Assembly (NCBI RefSeq): GCF_036365525.1
Contig: NC_090406.1
Location: 24,596,854-24,660,853, forward strand
Length of the DNA stretch: 64,000 bases
Direction of reading: 5' to 3'
DNA from: Heterodontus francisci
Lineage: Eukaryota
Below are positions 1-14,360 of the stretch, in pieces. Below the pieces are notes generated by a model. The model searched no databases. It had not been told where the DNA came from and saw only the letters and a program-made list of their open reading frames with translations. Every line of letters begins with the position of its first letter. Position 1 is the stretch's first letter. Both the position numbers and the translations under genes were made by a program.

Positions 1-491
1 TCTTTCAATGAGTATAATAACAGGTCTATTGAGATTTTGAATTAGCAGTCCATCAGTAGAAACTTTACTGAGTTTCCAGAACTCCCAGAAATATGAAAGG
101 CAACAGGAAGTCATTCCTGAAGTAGAGACTGGAGTAAAAAGGAATTTGCTACCTTCAATAATGCAAATATTCCTTTCCAGGGGTCTTTTCCTCTTTAGGC
201 AAAATACAGCCTATAGGCCAATATAGATTTTCTGCTGAGAGACACAAATTCTTCCGTCCTTCAAAGAAAGCATGCTTCACCGGTCTACCAGTTCAAACCG
301 GTTCTAGCCTGTCTTTACACACAGTCAAACTGATACAATGTGGCATGTTACCTCTCTCTCTTGCTGTTGTTTAGAAAACAGGCTTGCAGCTCACACACTT
401 TTCCCAGAAAATATAAAAATTGCTCTCAGTCTTAAAGGCACACAGACCCCCTTTAGTTTTTAAACAGAGAAAAAAAACCACTTCCATAACA
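1..491 (-). mobile_element. Probable partial solo LTR
   Basis: Starts TGTTATGG on the minus strand, non-coding, resembles other LTR-like segments in the window. Confidence 0.35.
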
Positions 492-999
492 ACACGCTGA
501 TGCAAGAAGTTACAGATGTCATTGTAGTGCTATCTCAATAGCCCAGAACAGTGAGGGCTGCTAAGTGTTCGTACTGATACTGTATTTGTACACTGCATTG
601 CTTTTATATTGATTCACTTAATCCATCGTTTCTCTAGATTGAGGGGGGTAGTTTACATAGATTATTATTTTTGGAAATGTTTGGCTCAGTTGATCCCAAA
701 GCTTTCCCTCACACAATCTGCGATTTTTCTGACAAATTAATGACTGATATGACAATCTTCACTTGAACTGATATCAGTGCTTTAATTACATCACCAAAAA
801 ATAAACCCTTCTGAACACCCCATCCAAAAAAACCCTTTTTGATTTATTTTGATTAGTTGATTTTATTTACATTACAGGCTAATCTTAAGGTTCCGAACAA
901 TTTAAATGACTAATGCATTTTTACAGGGTATTTAATTTTGCAATCACAGATTGGACGGCTTGGACATAAAAATAACAAACTTAAAGCAAAACTAGAAAT

Positions 1000-1215
1000 T
1001 AGAAGAATTTTTCTTCCCTGGAACTCGCCAACTGCAAGGGTGGTGGAAGCAGAGATGATATATGATTTGAAAAGGAAATTGGATGGGCACTTGAGAAAAA
1101 TCAACTTACAGGGCTACAAGGATAGCACAGGGGAATGGAACTGATTGGATTTCTCTACAGAGAGCCGGCATGGAGCTGATGGACAGAATGGCCTCCTTCT
1201 GTGCCGTAATGGCTT
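1000..1215 (+). mobile_element. CR1 LINE 3' fragment
   Basis: WNSP..VVEA-like RT tail followed by the CR1 3' UTR motif (gatggacagaatggcctccttctgtgc). Confidence 0.7.
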
Positions 1216-3189
1216 TACAACTATAACTAAAAAATGAAGCAGATGAGAAAGCAGTTTACTGCTATGTTAATGCTTTAAGAAAAAAGCTGCATAAATGTCT
1301 GGGTATGGATGGTATTGACGGTTAGAAGTACAGATACAGCTGATCAAATACGCTAACAAAACAGTCCCAGGGCTGCTGCAGCCATAACTGAGTCAGCTGG
1401 GCACTGCTGCCTGCCGATAGTCTTATTTCTGTCATTGGTGTGTCTTGGGATTGTCCCCACAGGCTGCTAGTTGAAGTCAATGGCTATTTTCAGGCTTATG
1501 TAGATGACACCTCAAGTATCTATTCCCCTTCACAGCCACTTAAATTACAGGTTATGCCCCACAAGATGAATGCGGACCATCCTTGAATCTATGGCTCAGG
1601 AAGAAAGCAGAAATCCAAACTGCCAGTCCGAAAACTACCTGATAAATTGATTAAATGTATTCCAAAAGATAGTAAATAGCATGAGATTCATTTTTAAGAG
1701 CCAAGGGAAACCACTTTAAACAGAAAGTAGATGCCCTATCTTTCTTTTCCTCTTAAACCATATCACGATAGCATTGCAGTTTCAGGCTGAGGAGTGCTTC
1801 AAAATATCTTTTCCCTACTGAGCAATCTTTCATCATCACTAGGTTGCAAGCAATTTTACATTACAATTACATACATGATTCTGAAATGCACTTTATTTAT
1901 ACTGAGACAATTTTCACCTGTTCTTTGGGTAGGGAAAATTCATCGTGTTGAGAGGTTCTGAACATTTTTAAGTTGCTGATCTCATTAATCCGTTCACAGC
2001 ATAAATTTAAAATAAATACGAATTATGCTATTATTTTTGACAGCTTCATTTCTTTGAAGCATGATCATTCTCACTACTTGCTAGCCATACCTAATCAGAA
2101 AAGTGCTAGACCAGATCATTTTTCACTATAACTCAAATATTTAAAATGCAATTCTCTCTTAAAATGCTTAAATAGAGGATTAAATTTTCTGAAAAAAGGA
2201 TAAAATTGGTAAAATTGTAAACTGTTAATTGGAAGCTTGATTTTTTTCCCTCAAGATTCATATAATTAACACTCATCATGAACATTTATTTTGAGATTTC
2301 AGATCTGTAACCAGATGGTCAACTCCCAAAGGTCCACAAATTAATTACTCCTCAGAAACTACTGAAGAGATAAAATGCTTCACATCCTTAGCCAATGGCA
2401 ACGAAGAGACAATGAAAGGGTATAATTTTTCTTCCATGCACTTTAACCCTTTAATATTTATTGTAAGTTTGCATTTCAGTGTCCAATTGACAATTCATAT
2501 TCAATTGCTACTGCAGAGAATATGCTACATTGAGCATATTATAAACTTGAAATGTGTTTTACGCCAAAAGAAGTCTCTCCTCAACTCAATAGTAAACAGT
2601 GCTCAAAATATTCTCAATCGCAATAAATGCACACTGCTACTTCTGCACTGATGCAAATGAGTTTCAGGTACCCGAATAGCAGTATAACTCTGAAGTCAGA
2701 GTCTAATCACGCATTTGAGTGCACTTTAGTTGCTTTTATGTTGTTCTATTTTTAGTTCAGATTTTGGGATTCCTTTATCTGTGAGCCAGTTCTCGGTGTT
2801 TATGCTGTTAAATCCATTTTCCATAGCTTGTCTGCAGGCTTGTCAATCCAGTTAATGGATTTGTAACAGTATTAATGCTGGCTGCTGGCTCTCAGATTCC
2901 AAGTTAAAAGACCAACATAAAAGCGGCTTTAATCAAATGGTGTGAAAGTGCTGCCAGTTGGCATTCTCACACCATTTTAAATTTGCACCAGGTACATTTT
3001 AAACAACACTTGCTCAAAGACACATTTTGACAATGCCCAGCCTGTCTATCGTTCTTTTTGGAATAGTTGACAATCTGACAATATCAATGTCTCGTAACTT
3101 TTAAAGCTTTGTATAGAATGTTTTTAATTTAATAAAAAAGCAGACACTCCAATTTACTTCGGTCACATAAAAAAATTAACCACCTTATG

Positions 3190-5165
3190 TTTGAGTGTCA
3201 AGCTGTTTAGTCACTAACCTTACTGGAGGGATGAGTACTGAACTGTAAAACTTTAGTCTCCCAAATGCCCATTTATGAGACCAATGACTGCAGGATAATT
3301 ATAGCCTTAATTGACATATTAAACTTAAAGGTGCTTGGACTGGGCAGGGTGAAAATGGATCAGATCTGCAACAATGCAAGTTGGCCAGATACTACATAAC
3401 ATTTTCAAAATGTCATGATCATGCAATACAAACTTATGAACTATCATGATGAACCTATGAAGAAAACCGGAAATGGACACCTTCCTGTAAAACAAAATGG
3501 AGTTGTGAGGTCAGGTGACCTTTTCTTTTCTGCCAATACACATAGAACCGCAAGAACCCCCGAGTTACTTGCCATGTCTGGACATGTCTTTGCGAGCCAC
3601 TAAAATGCAACTGCCTTTCTGGACATATCTTTCAGAAGTCACTAAAATGCAAATGACCCTTCTTGTGGTAATGGCTGCATTTCTCCAAAATTAAAAAAAC
3701 AACTAAGTTCAAAATACTCTTGTAGACTCTTCGACTCTAAACTTGAAATCCAGAAAATGGGTGAGAAAAGTTCTATTTTATCAAGATGGTATATGGATGA
3801 CTGTCTGACCATGGCCTAACCATCAGAAACTATTTATGACAATGGAAAGAGATGTTTTGGTCACATGACAGAAATTGTTTTGGGGGGGGGGGGGGGGGAA
3901 ATTTTATGCTCTTCCTCGCAGCAGGTTTGGAGGCAGGAAGGGCATAAAATTGGGTGGGAAGGCGGCGGGGGGTTCCCACCTCAATCAAAATTAAGTCTGG
4001 GGAAGGAAGGCCTGTGAACGGCCTTCCCCCCACCAATTGAAGCCCCCTAACTGGGCAATTAATGCCCAATTAGGAGCCTCATCCTGCCACTGCAGTTAGC
4101 CATGCGGCCCTGTTGCCGCATGGGAAGCATGGCATGAGAAACTGTGCGGGCTGCTTTCCAGCTTGGTGGAGGGTGGGGGGTGGGGGGGTTCCGTTTTAAA
4201 AGCCGCTTCGTGCCTGAATGAGGGACCTGGCATTGGGTAGGGGGGCAGCTTGCTGATTGCTACCAGCTTACACTCCCCTCCCCAACGACCCCTCCCACCC
4301 TGACCTACCTGTGGCCTGGTTGCAGCGCCACTCCTGGGCCTTGGGTAGGTGTTCCACTGACAGCAGCCACTGTCTCTGCGGTGGTGCTGCTCAGTGAAAG
4401 AACTGCCAGCCTCTGATTGGCCAGCTCTCAAAGGGCAGGACTTCCATCACCAGGGTCCTTGATCCCGTGGAAGGCCCGTCACTGTCCACTTAAGTGCCTA
4501 ATTGGCACTGAATTTGATCGGCCTCCCACAAAAGAGGCAACGTGGGGTTCTCGGCGTCACTTTTTCCAGATGTTGAGACCCCTGTTTCCAGGATAAAATC
4601 CCGGCCCAGGTTTCTGATAAAGGGTTTTAATAAGGCACATTCTGGGCAGGCAGAAACAGGAGAAACATCTATGCCAACAAAGGGAAAGAACCCTGCCTAA
4701 GACCACCAGTTTTAAGCTACATATAGGCAGAGACTCAGGTTGGCCTTGAACTCTCCACCTCAGGAACCATACCTGGGCTTCACCATTGAAACTTGACTGG
4801 AGTATAACAAAAGAAATCTGCTACTGTGAACATAAAACAACAGTGAATCCATCCTCCTAAACCTCCAGAGCTTTTCTTCAGTGACAAAAAAAGATTACAG
4901 ACCTACATTATTTCAAGTTTTCACCTTGGGGAAAAGCAAGTGTAACAGAGAACTCTTGAAATCATAAGACACAAATACATGCTACTTTTACAATCGTAAT
5001 CTTTTCTTGTGTATCTATATGAGTGTGAGGTGAGTGTAGTTGTGTATATTTGGGCGTTGAAATATAAACATTTATCTTTCTTTTAAAAATTACAAGAAGA
5101 CCTGTCATTTGTCTGTTCCTGATAATTAAAGCACTCGGGAGCTAAAATTAAAAAAAAAACACACT
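3190..5165 (+). mobile_element. Probable solo LTR split by a MITE (3893-4607)
   Basis: 5000-5165 resembles 51040-51190 (TG tract, caagaa.ac.tgtca, aaacacact); the 5' boundary is approximate. Confidence 0.4.
3893..4607. mobile_element. GC-rich MITE (PIF/Harbinger-like TIRs)
   Basis: GGGGGAAATTTTATG ... ATAAAATCCCGGCCC ends; internally similar to 23649-24376. Confidence 0.75.
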
Positions 5166-7989
5166 GGGCTGAATTTTACTTTTCTGCCGCCGGGAGCAGT
5201 GGCATGCAAAGAAAATGGTGGCTCGCATGCACAGACTGCCTGCCGCCATGTTGCCATAATCTAGTGCGCGGTGGCTCATTTCCATACCCAGGGCAGTACC
5301 CCCCCCCCCCCCCACTACACTGTACATATATGTGTGACCCATTCCCCTCCCATCCCAATACACAGAAAATACAGGGTAATCCCTGGACGGGAAAGCGAAG
5401 GCACGCGTGTGCCAGCCGTCACAAAGAAGGACGCGGACAGAGGGGTAAGATCGTGGGGAACGGTATGTTAATTTATTCATGTCCTTTATTTCAATAATTA
5501 AAGTTGGGTCCCGTCACCGAGCGGCGGTGGGGCTGCCATGGAGCCTTGCCGCCGCCAGTAAGATTGGCCCGGCAATCCCAGCATTGGGCTCTGTGGGGGG
5601 CTGCTGCCGCTGCGATCATCCAGCCCAAACCTGCCATAGAGCCCGATGTCAGGAGCTCAACAAAATTCACAGTCTTTGGTCAATCGAGAGGTGAAAAGGG
5701 GGAGCTATCCCTAACATCTCTCCCCTGTCCGTAACACATAGCCAAATACAAGTAGCCTGGGGTAGGAATTTTCTGCTTATCCCAATGGCCTGCCTTGACC
5801 CAGCTCGTTTTCCAGAGTATGGATGATAACCTAGCTGGGCTTCCAGAAGGCTGCCTGCTGAAGTTACACCGTGGAACTGGCAAAACTTAGGTCAGTATGC
5901 AATTCTTTATCACCAGTAAGAGGTAATTATTCTTTTAGAAAACTTCTTTTTCTTTGTTTTGAATTTTTTTTTTTTACATTTTTGAGAGTTTACTCACGGG
6001 TGAGGTATTTCTGCGCTGGGGAATAGAACATGTTTCCATTTCTGACTCTGACTGCTACTCGCCAATTCAGGATGAGTAACTTTTAAAGAAAGCAAACTGA
6101 AACATTTGAATGGTAATATCCTGCTGCATTTCTGTTGTCTTTGGACTTACCAACTGAATCAAACAACTTTTGATTTGCCTATGGTCTAAAACTATTTCCT
6201 TAACACTGAGATTTGATTGATTAGTTAACTGATGAATTTTCATTTTAGCCAATCGCTAATTTCTGCCTAATATGTAATGCCCCAAGGTGTGACAACTTTG
6301 TAAAGGCATGATGAATGCATGCTAAATGCAAGACTTTTGAGTTTCTTTCTGGTATTGCTTTTGACTCTCCCATTTCAGAAACTCGCAGATATGTGTAGCA
6401 AGTTGATCACATCAATATACATTAGTAAAATTCAGGATACTGTGATAATGGTTCTAGGAATACTAGAACACAGCTAAAATTTAGAACTGAATGGAACTTT
6501 GCCTCATTAACTGACTATTATTTCATTAGCAATAGCTTTCACAGTTTGGAAGCTGACAATGAGTTGACTGCCAGTGATAACCAGGTAATAGATTTGCATT
6601 GCAGGAGGCTCTGAAATAATCATTACAGTAGGGATGAAGGGCATTTCAGATAGAAATATTAATAGAACTGTTGGGGATTAGTCCAGGAGGTATTTAGAGT
6701 AACATTTTACGATTGAATGTGCTTAACTAGGGAATTTTATAATTTTCTGCAAAAAGATCTAATATCAGCTACCTTATTGTATCACCATGATGCTGGATGC
6801 AAGACTAAAATTTCAAATAAAATGATTTTAATCAGGTTATGTAATATTATGTGGTTTTCCCTTTCCCGGGAATCCAGCTACATATTCACTTTCATTCTCT
6901 GGGACTGCATAAATAGTTTTATTCTGTGGGTGCACATGATAACATCACCATCAAAATTAAGGTGCCTTTTGTACTCTTACTTTTTAAGCAAATGATTTTT
7001 GTAGAATATACTCTATATTTTGTATTGTTAATATGTAATACTCCCATACTATTTTATGCCTAGGTAGAAGACTGCTGTAAAATCAACTGATTAAGCTGCT
7101 TTTCTAAAGAACTGCAAACCAATGAATATAAATTTTCATCATCGTCACCTCAAGACAGTGCACATCTGGTACAACATATTTGTTGCATCAAGGTGACGAA
7201 GGAGAGAATTTTCCACCATCATTTAATGCAAATTGAAGTCCACACCTTCTACACTATTTCTTAGTTATAGTGGTAATGGGAGGGAGAAAGGTCGATTAAT
7301 CCCTTTGGTAATTCTGTGCTACAAAGAATTTTAGATGCAAATTTCCCTGTTAATGGCTTGGTTTTCTGGGGTCCAACAGCTTCTGTTTTTTTTTACTGGG
7401 ACTGAAGTTACTGTCTACATGCTTTCCAATGAAACCCGACCAGCATACTCCTAAAACTCTAAGTAGAGTTACTCAACTTGAAGTTTTCCATGTTGGTAAT
7501 AAATTAGTTTTTTTAACATCCAAGTACATTCTTGTAAGTATATTATTTTCCGCTACAAAATGGGAGAATATCTGGAGAACAAAGTACACCCTCTCGGCTT
7601 TACTTCTCTTTTACGTAAATGTTATTAGCTATTGTGAAATGTTTGCACTATACATTAATGGATTGCAAAAGGATGATAGTTACCTAAATTTAAACACAAG
7701 TACAATTATATTACACAAGTAGGGTAGATCAAGTGCAACCACAAACTGCTAATGTAGACAATGATATTCAGATATTTAAAAAAATCTTTAAAATTTTTTA
7801 AGCCAAAGGCTCTGCATTGCAACATCTATACTGCATCTGGCACTGGAATAAAATGAAAATGGCCAGCACCATTTGTGTCATTATAACTTTATTGAAGATT
7901 TAGCCGAGCATCTATCTGCAATTGTTTCCAATTAGACTGGTAGCAAAGAAAAATATATTTTTTCATAGCTATAGTGTTTGAAATATCTG

Positions 7990-10900
7990 AATTGGGGAGA
8001 GATTAAAAAGCAGGACCTCAAACGTTGCAATCTCTGGACTACTCCCAGTGCCATGTGCTAGTGAGTATAGGAATAGGAGGATAGAGCAGATGAATGCACG
8101 GCTGAGGTGGTGCAGGAAGGAAAGCTTTAGTTCCCTGGATCACTGGGTCTGTTTCTGGCAAAGGTGGGACCTGTACAAGTTGGATGGGTTGCACCTGAAC
8201 CAGAACGGGACCAACATCCTTGCTGGGAGGTTTGCTAGTGCTGTTGGGGGGGGGGGGGGTGGGTTTAAACTAATTTGGCAGGGAGATGGGATACAGAGTG
8301 GAGTTACAGTAGGGTGTGATGCACAGTCAAATATAGAAGAGAAACTGAGTCAGTCTGGAAGGCAGAGCAAATATAGACCTGTTAAGGCACAAGTGAAAAA
8401 TGCAAGGCTAGATTGCATCTATTTTAATGCAAGGAGTCTTACTAGTAAGGCAGATGAATTGAGGGCATTGATTAGCACATGGCATTATGATATTATTACT
8501 ATCAAAGAGACATGGGTGAGGGAGGAGTAGGACTGGCAGCTCAATATTCCAGGGTATAGAATCTTCAGGCATGACACGGGAGGGGGTAAAAGAGGAGGTG
8601 GCATTGCACTGTTGATCAAGGAGTCAATTACTGCAGTAAGGAGGGGTGATATCTTAGAAGGTTCCTCAAATGAGGCCATAGGGTAGAACTTAAAAACAAA
8701 AAGGGGGCAATCACTTGTCTGGGAGTGTACTACAGGCCCCCAAACAGTCAGGGAGAGATAGAGGAGCAGATATGTAGGCAAATCTCAGAGAAGTGTAAAA
8801 ATATTAGAGTAACAATAGTAGGGGATTTCAACTTCCCCAATATCAACTGGGATAGTCTTAGTGTAAAAGGCTTAAAGGGGGCTGAATTCTTAAAATGCAT
8901 ACAGGAGAGCTTATTGAGCCAGTACGTAGATAGTCCTACAAGAGAAGGGGCAGTACTGGACCTAATCTTAGGGAATGAAGCCGGACAAGTGGTAGAAGTG
9001 TCAGTGGGGGAACATTTCGGGGATAGTGGCCATAACATAAGATTTAAGCTAGTCATGGAAAAGGACAAAGATGGACCGAAAATAAAGGTACTGAATTGGG
9101 GGAAGGCCGATTTTAAGATGATAAAACAGGATCTGGCCAAAGTGGACTGGGAGCAGCTACCTGTAGGAAAGTCGACATCAGATCAGTGGGAGTCATTCAA
9201 AGAGGAAATAGTGAGAGTTCAGAGCCAACATGTACCCATTAAGGTGAAGGGTAGGACCAACAAGTCCAGGGAACCCTGGATGTCAAGGGATATAGAGGAT
9301 TGGATCAGTAAAAAAAAGAGGCTTATGGCAGATTCAGAATGCTGAAAACAGTGGAGGCACTAGAGGAGTATAGAAAATGTTGGGGGGTATTTAAAAAAGT
9401 AATTAGGAGAGCGAAGAGGAGACATGAAAAAACACTGGCGAGCAAGATAAAGGAAAATCCCAAGGCGTTTTATAAGTATATTAAGGGCAAGAGGATAACC
9501 AGGGAAAGAGTAGGGCCCATTAGGGACCAAAGTGGTAATGTGTGTGTGGAGCCGGAGGACATAGGTGAGGTTTTAAATGATTACTTTTCATCTGTGTTCA
9601 CCATGGAGAAGGACGATGTAGGTGTAGAGATCAGGGAGGGGGATTGTGATAGACTTGAACATATTAGCATTGAAAGGGAGGAAGTATTAGCTGTTTTAGT
9701 GGGCTTAAAAAATCCTCAGGCCCAGATGAGATGTATCCCAGGCTGTTACGTGAGGCAAGGGAGGAGATTGCAAGGGCTCTGACATAAATTTTCAAATCCT
9801 CTCTGGCCACAGGTGAGGTACTCGAGGATTGGAGGATAGCAAATGTGGTAGCAATATTTAAGAAGGGTAGTAGGGATCAACCCGGTAATTACAGGCCACT
9901 GTCTCAAAAAATTCAATCAAGTTAGTCAGACATGATCTCCCCCTGACAAAGCCATGCTGACTATCCCTGATTAATCCCTGCCTCTTCAAGTGGAGATTAA
10001 TACTGTCCCTCAGTGGTTGGGAAACTATTGGAAAAAATTCTGAGGGACAGTATTAATCTCCACTTGAAGAGGCAGGGATTAATCAGGGATAGTCAGCATG
10101 GCTTTGTCAGGGGGAGATCATGTCTGACTAACTTGATTGAATTTTTTGAGACAGTGACGAAATTGTAGATGAGGGTAAAGCAGTTGATGTAGTCTATATG
10201 GACTTCAGTAAGGCTTTTAATAAGGTCGCTCATGGGAGATTGATTAAGAAAGTAAGAGCCCATGGGATCCAAGGCAATATGGCAAATTGGATCCAAAATT
10301 GGCTTAGTGGCAGGAGGCTGAGAGTGATGGTCGAGGGTTGTTTTTGCGAGTGGAAGCCCATGACCAGTGGTGTACTGCAAAGATCGGTGCTGGGACCCTT
10401 GCTGTTTGTAGTGTACATTAATGATTTAGACGTGAATATAGGAGGTGTGATCAGTAAGTTCGCAGACGACACGAAAATTGGTGGTGTCATAAATAGTGAG
10501 GAGGAAAGCCTTAGATTACAGGACGATATAGATGGGCTGGTAAGATGGGTGGAGCTGTGGCAAATGGAATTTAATCCTGAGAAGTGTGAGGTGATGCATT
10601 TTGGGAGGACCAATAAGGCAAGGGAATATACAAAGGATGGTAGGACCCTACGAAGGACAGAGGGTCAGAGGGGCCTTGGTGTACTTGTCCATAGATCACT
10701 GAAGGCAGCAGCACAGGTAGATAAGGTGGTTAGGAAAGCATATGGGATACTTGCCTTTATTAGCCGATGCATAGCATATAAGAGCAGGGAGGTTATGATG
10801 GAGCTCTATAAAATGCTAGTCAGGCTACAGCTGGAGGACTGTGCACAGTTCTGGGCACCACACTATAGCAAGGATGTGATTGCAATGGAGAGGGTGCAGA

Positions 10901-11015
10901 GGAGATTCACCAAGATGTTGCCTGGATTGGAGCATTTCAGCTATTGAGAGAGACTGAAAAGGCTTGGGTTGTTTTACTTGGAGCAGAGAAGGCTGAGGGG
11001 AGATATGATTGAGGT
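7990..11015 (+). mobile_element. CR1 LINE, decayed (ORF1 esterase C-terminus, ORF2 endonuclease and RT)
   Basis: DGLHLN esterase motif, FNARS, YYRPP, GDFNFP, DFSKAF, KFADDTK; stops and frameshifts. Confidence 0.95.
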
Positions 11016-11321
11016 TACGAGAATCTGTTATTAAGGACAGAATGACTGAGCATTTGTACAAATATAAGCTGTTGAGAGAGATCCTGTACGGATTTATAAA
11101 GGGTAAAAAAGTCATATCTAACAAACAGAGTTGAATTTTTTGAGGAGGTGTGGAAGTTATGTTATGTTATAGCTGTAGAGTTCTGGTTAGACCCCATCTA
11201 GAGCACTACATTCAGTACTGGGCACCGCATCTTAGGGAGGCTATATTGGCCTTGGAGTGTATGCAGCGCAGATTCACCAGAATGATACTGGAGCTAAAAG
11301 GGTTAAATTATGAGGACAACA

Positions 11322-11700
11322 GCAGACGGTGGCATAATGGTAGTCACTAGACTATTAATCCAGAGGCCCAAGCTAATGTCCCAGGGACACGGGTTCAAAT
11401 CCCACCATGGCAGCTGGTGGAATTTAAATTCAATTAATTAATAAAAATCTGCAATTGAATGCTAGTCACAGTAATAATGCCATGAAACTATCACTGATTG
11501 TTGTAAAACCCATCTGGTTCACTAATGACCTTTAGGGAAGGACATCTGGCACCCTTACCTGGTCTGGCCTCCATGCGACTCCAAATGCACAGAAATGTGG
11601 TTAACTCTTAACTGCCCTCTGAAATGGCCTAGCAAGCCACTCAGTTCAAGGGCAATCAACATGCCAACGATGCCCATATCCCATGGAAGAATTTTTTAAA
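11322..11700 (+). mobile_element. tRNA-headed SINE inserted in a CR1 fragment (11150-11770)
   Basis: A box (tggcataatgg) and B box (ggttcaaatcc); the head recurs at 56956-57090; CR1 RT tail sequence lies on both sides. Confidence 0.75.
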
Positions 11701-11769
11701 AAGTTGCATAAACTAGGCATGAATAGTCCATGACTATAGAAGATTAAGGGGTGCTCTAATTGGAGCTAA

Positions 11770-14200
11770 GACAGTGGAAAGGCAGTGGAGGAAGAAATAT
11801 GTAAGCAATTATGTTAAATGAGCAAGAGGTATCGAATTATAATCATGGGAGATGTTAACTACCCCCCAAATAAACTGGCAAGAGGTAGCGAAAGGGTTAC
11901 AGGAAATAGAGTTTTTTTAAAAATAATGTGTGCAGGACTCCTTTTTACCCAATATATAAAAAAGCCCAACAGGAGAGGGAGAACTTCTGGATCTAGTACT
12001 GGGAACATCCAGGCAATAGCAATAAGAAGATAAGGTTTAAGATAAAGATCAAGAAGGACATAAGACAAAGACTATTTGGAAATTGGTAATAAGTTGGAAA
12101 AAAAATTGGTTTTAAGAGCGAGAATAGAACTAAGGAAAATAAACTGGAAAAACTTATTGACAAAGAAATTGAACAGCAGTGGGAAATGTTTAAAACAATG
12201 ACTAGTAGAGTCCAGAAGAAATATATGTCACTTAAAAGCAAAAACAGGCTAGCTAGCAATGATAAACCATGGATGAATAAAAAAGGGCAAAATTGAAACT
12301 AAAGAAAAAAGCATACACTAAGTCCATATACAACAAAGGAGAAAATGACACAATGGAATACAAAAAGGTGAGGAAAGCAGTTGAAAAAAATTATGAAAGC
12401 AAACAGAAACTAGGACATTTGATTCTCAAAGAATATAAGAAATAGTATAGTATTCAAAAGGCACACAAATAACAGAAGAAAAATCATGATTGGGATAGAG
12501 CCACTAAGAGACACATGATAAACTCACAGGTAATGACTGTGAAATAGTAGAAATATTAAGTAATTACCTTGCTTCAGTATTTACTACAGAGACAAACATG
12601 GTGGACATGATATTAGAAGAGATCAAAAAGACATAAAGACATTTAAAATAGAAAGGGGGGGGGGAATAATTGATACATTAATTAAACTTAAAAAGGATAA
12701 AGGACCTGGTCTAGATGGATTGCAATCGTGCATACTAAAAGACATTAGGGAAGAGATAGCAGAGGCACTAACACACACATATATATTTATATATTAATCA
12801 GAAAAGGGAATAGTGCCTGAGGACTGGTGGACAGCTAGTGTGATGCCTGCATTTAAACAGGGAGATAAAACAAATCCCTGGAACAATAGGCTAATTAGAT
12901 CATTGGATCCTTACTCAAAAGCTATAATGGAAAAACATTTTAAAAATGAAAATATGATAAAGAATAGTCAGCAGGGATTTCAAACAGGAATGTCATGCTT
13001 GACCAACCTTATTGAATTATTTGTATAAGTAACAGAATGGGTAGACAGCTGTAATACAGTTGACAATATATTTGGATTGTCAAAAGGCCTTTGATAAGGT
13101 ACTGCATTGTAGACTCATGATTAAGATCAGAATATGTGGCGTCAGAGAACAATTAGCAGAATGGATAGCAAGCTGGCTACAAAACACAAACCAAAGTATC
13201 GGGGTTAAAGGTAATTATTCAGACTGGCAAATAGTGGGAAGTGGTGTTCCACAAGGATCGGTGCTGGAACCACTGTTGCTCACCATTTATGTAAACAATT
13301 TGGACTTGGGAATCAGAAGTACAATTTCAAAACTTGTGGGTGACACCGAATTAGGGGTTATAGTTAATACAGAGGAGGATGACAGCAAAATACAAGAAGA
13401 TATTAATAAACTTGCAGAATAGCTGTGTAATTAGCAAATGAACGTCAATATATACAAGTGTGCGGTGGTACATTTTTCCCGGAAGAATAAGGAGGCCACA
13501 TATTCCTTGGAAAATAATTGTCTGAATGAGGTAGACGAGCGGAGGGATCTGAGGATAGATACCAAATCACTAAAAGTAGTGCCACAGGTTACTAAGGCCA
13601 TAAAAAAGCAAACAAAACACTAGAGTTCATTTCTAGAGGAATAGAATTGAAAAGCAGAGAGGTTATGCTAAACATGTATAGAACCTTGTTTGGACCACAC
13701 TTAGATTACTGTGAACAGTTCTGGTCTCCATATTATAAAAAGGATACAAGAGGCATTGGAGATGGTGCAAAAAAGAGTTACTAGAATGATGCCAGAAATG
13801 AAAGATTACACCCATCGGGAAAGATTGAACTGGCTAGGACTGTTTTCTAAAGAGAAAACTAAAAGGGTGACCTGATAGAGGTCTTTATGTCTACCCTGTC
13901 AAACCCTTTAATAATCTTCGAGAAGGTGTTTCCACTTGCGAGAGACACCAGAACTAGGGCAATAAATTCAGAAGAAACATCTTATCTAGACAGTGGTTAA
14001 GATGTGGAATTCCCTACCACAAGGCAACTAGCATAGATGCATTTAATGGAAAGCAAATGATGGAGAAAGAAATAGAAGGATATGTTGATGTAAGTTAGAT
14101 AAAAAGGTTGTGAGGAAGCACATGTGGATCATAAATACCAGCATAGACCAGTTGGGCCAAATGACCTGTTTTTGTGCTGTAAATGTTATGTAATGCCATG
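11770..14200 (+). mobile_element. Older decayed CR1 LINE ORF2 and 3' UTR
   Basis: IIMGD, PEDW, LDCQKAFDKV, GVPQGSVL motifs with many disruptions. Confidence 0.9.
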
Positions 14201-14224
14201 CAAGATGATTAAAGGTTCCTCTAG

Positions 14225-14360
14225 CAGAGCAGGTTCGACGGGCTGAATGGCCTACTCCTGTCCCTAAGGCAGGTAGATGAAGTCAAGATGCAGATCAGCC
14301 ATGATCTAATGTAGCGGCGGGACAGGTTCAAAGGGCTGAATGGCTTACTCCTGTTCCTAC
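14225..14360 (+). repeat. Two tandem CR1 3' tails
   Basis: gggctgaatggc(c/t)tactcctgt occurs twice; the same tail is seen at 57810-57870. Confidence 0.7.

Noticed and set aside
3882-3898. Long G/C homopolymers (also near 5300, 8246, 34483)
   Set aside because: Slippage tracts within repeats; their lengths are unreliable.
3830-5734. Many overlapping ORFs in GC-rich segments (also 23645-24241, 28289-28898, 37016-37650, 39935-40840, 52708-53661)
   Set aside because: They fall in MITEs/SINEs where high GC suppresses stops, and show no protein motifs.
5480-6070. Possible retroelement leader or gag fragment
   Set aside because: No recognisable motif or termini to support a call.
8485-11124. Minus-strand ORFs over the CR1
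   Set aside because: Antisense shadows of CR1 ORF2.
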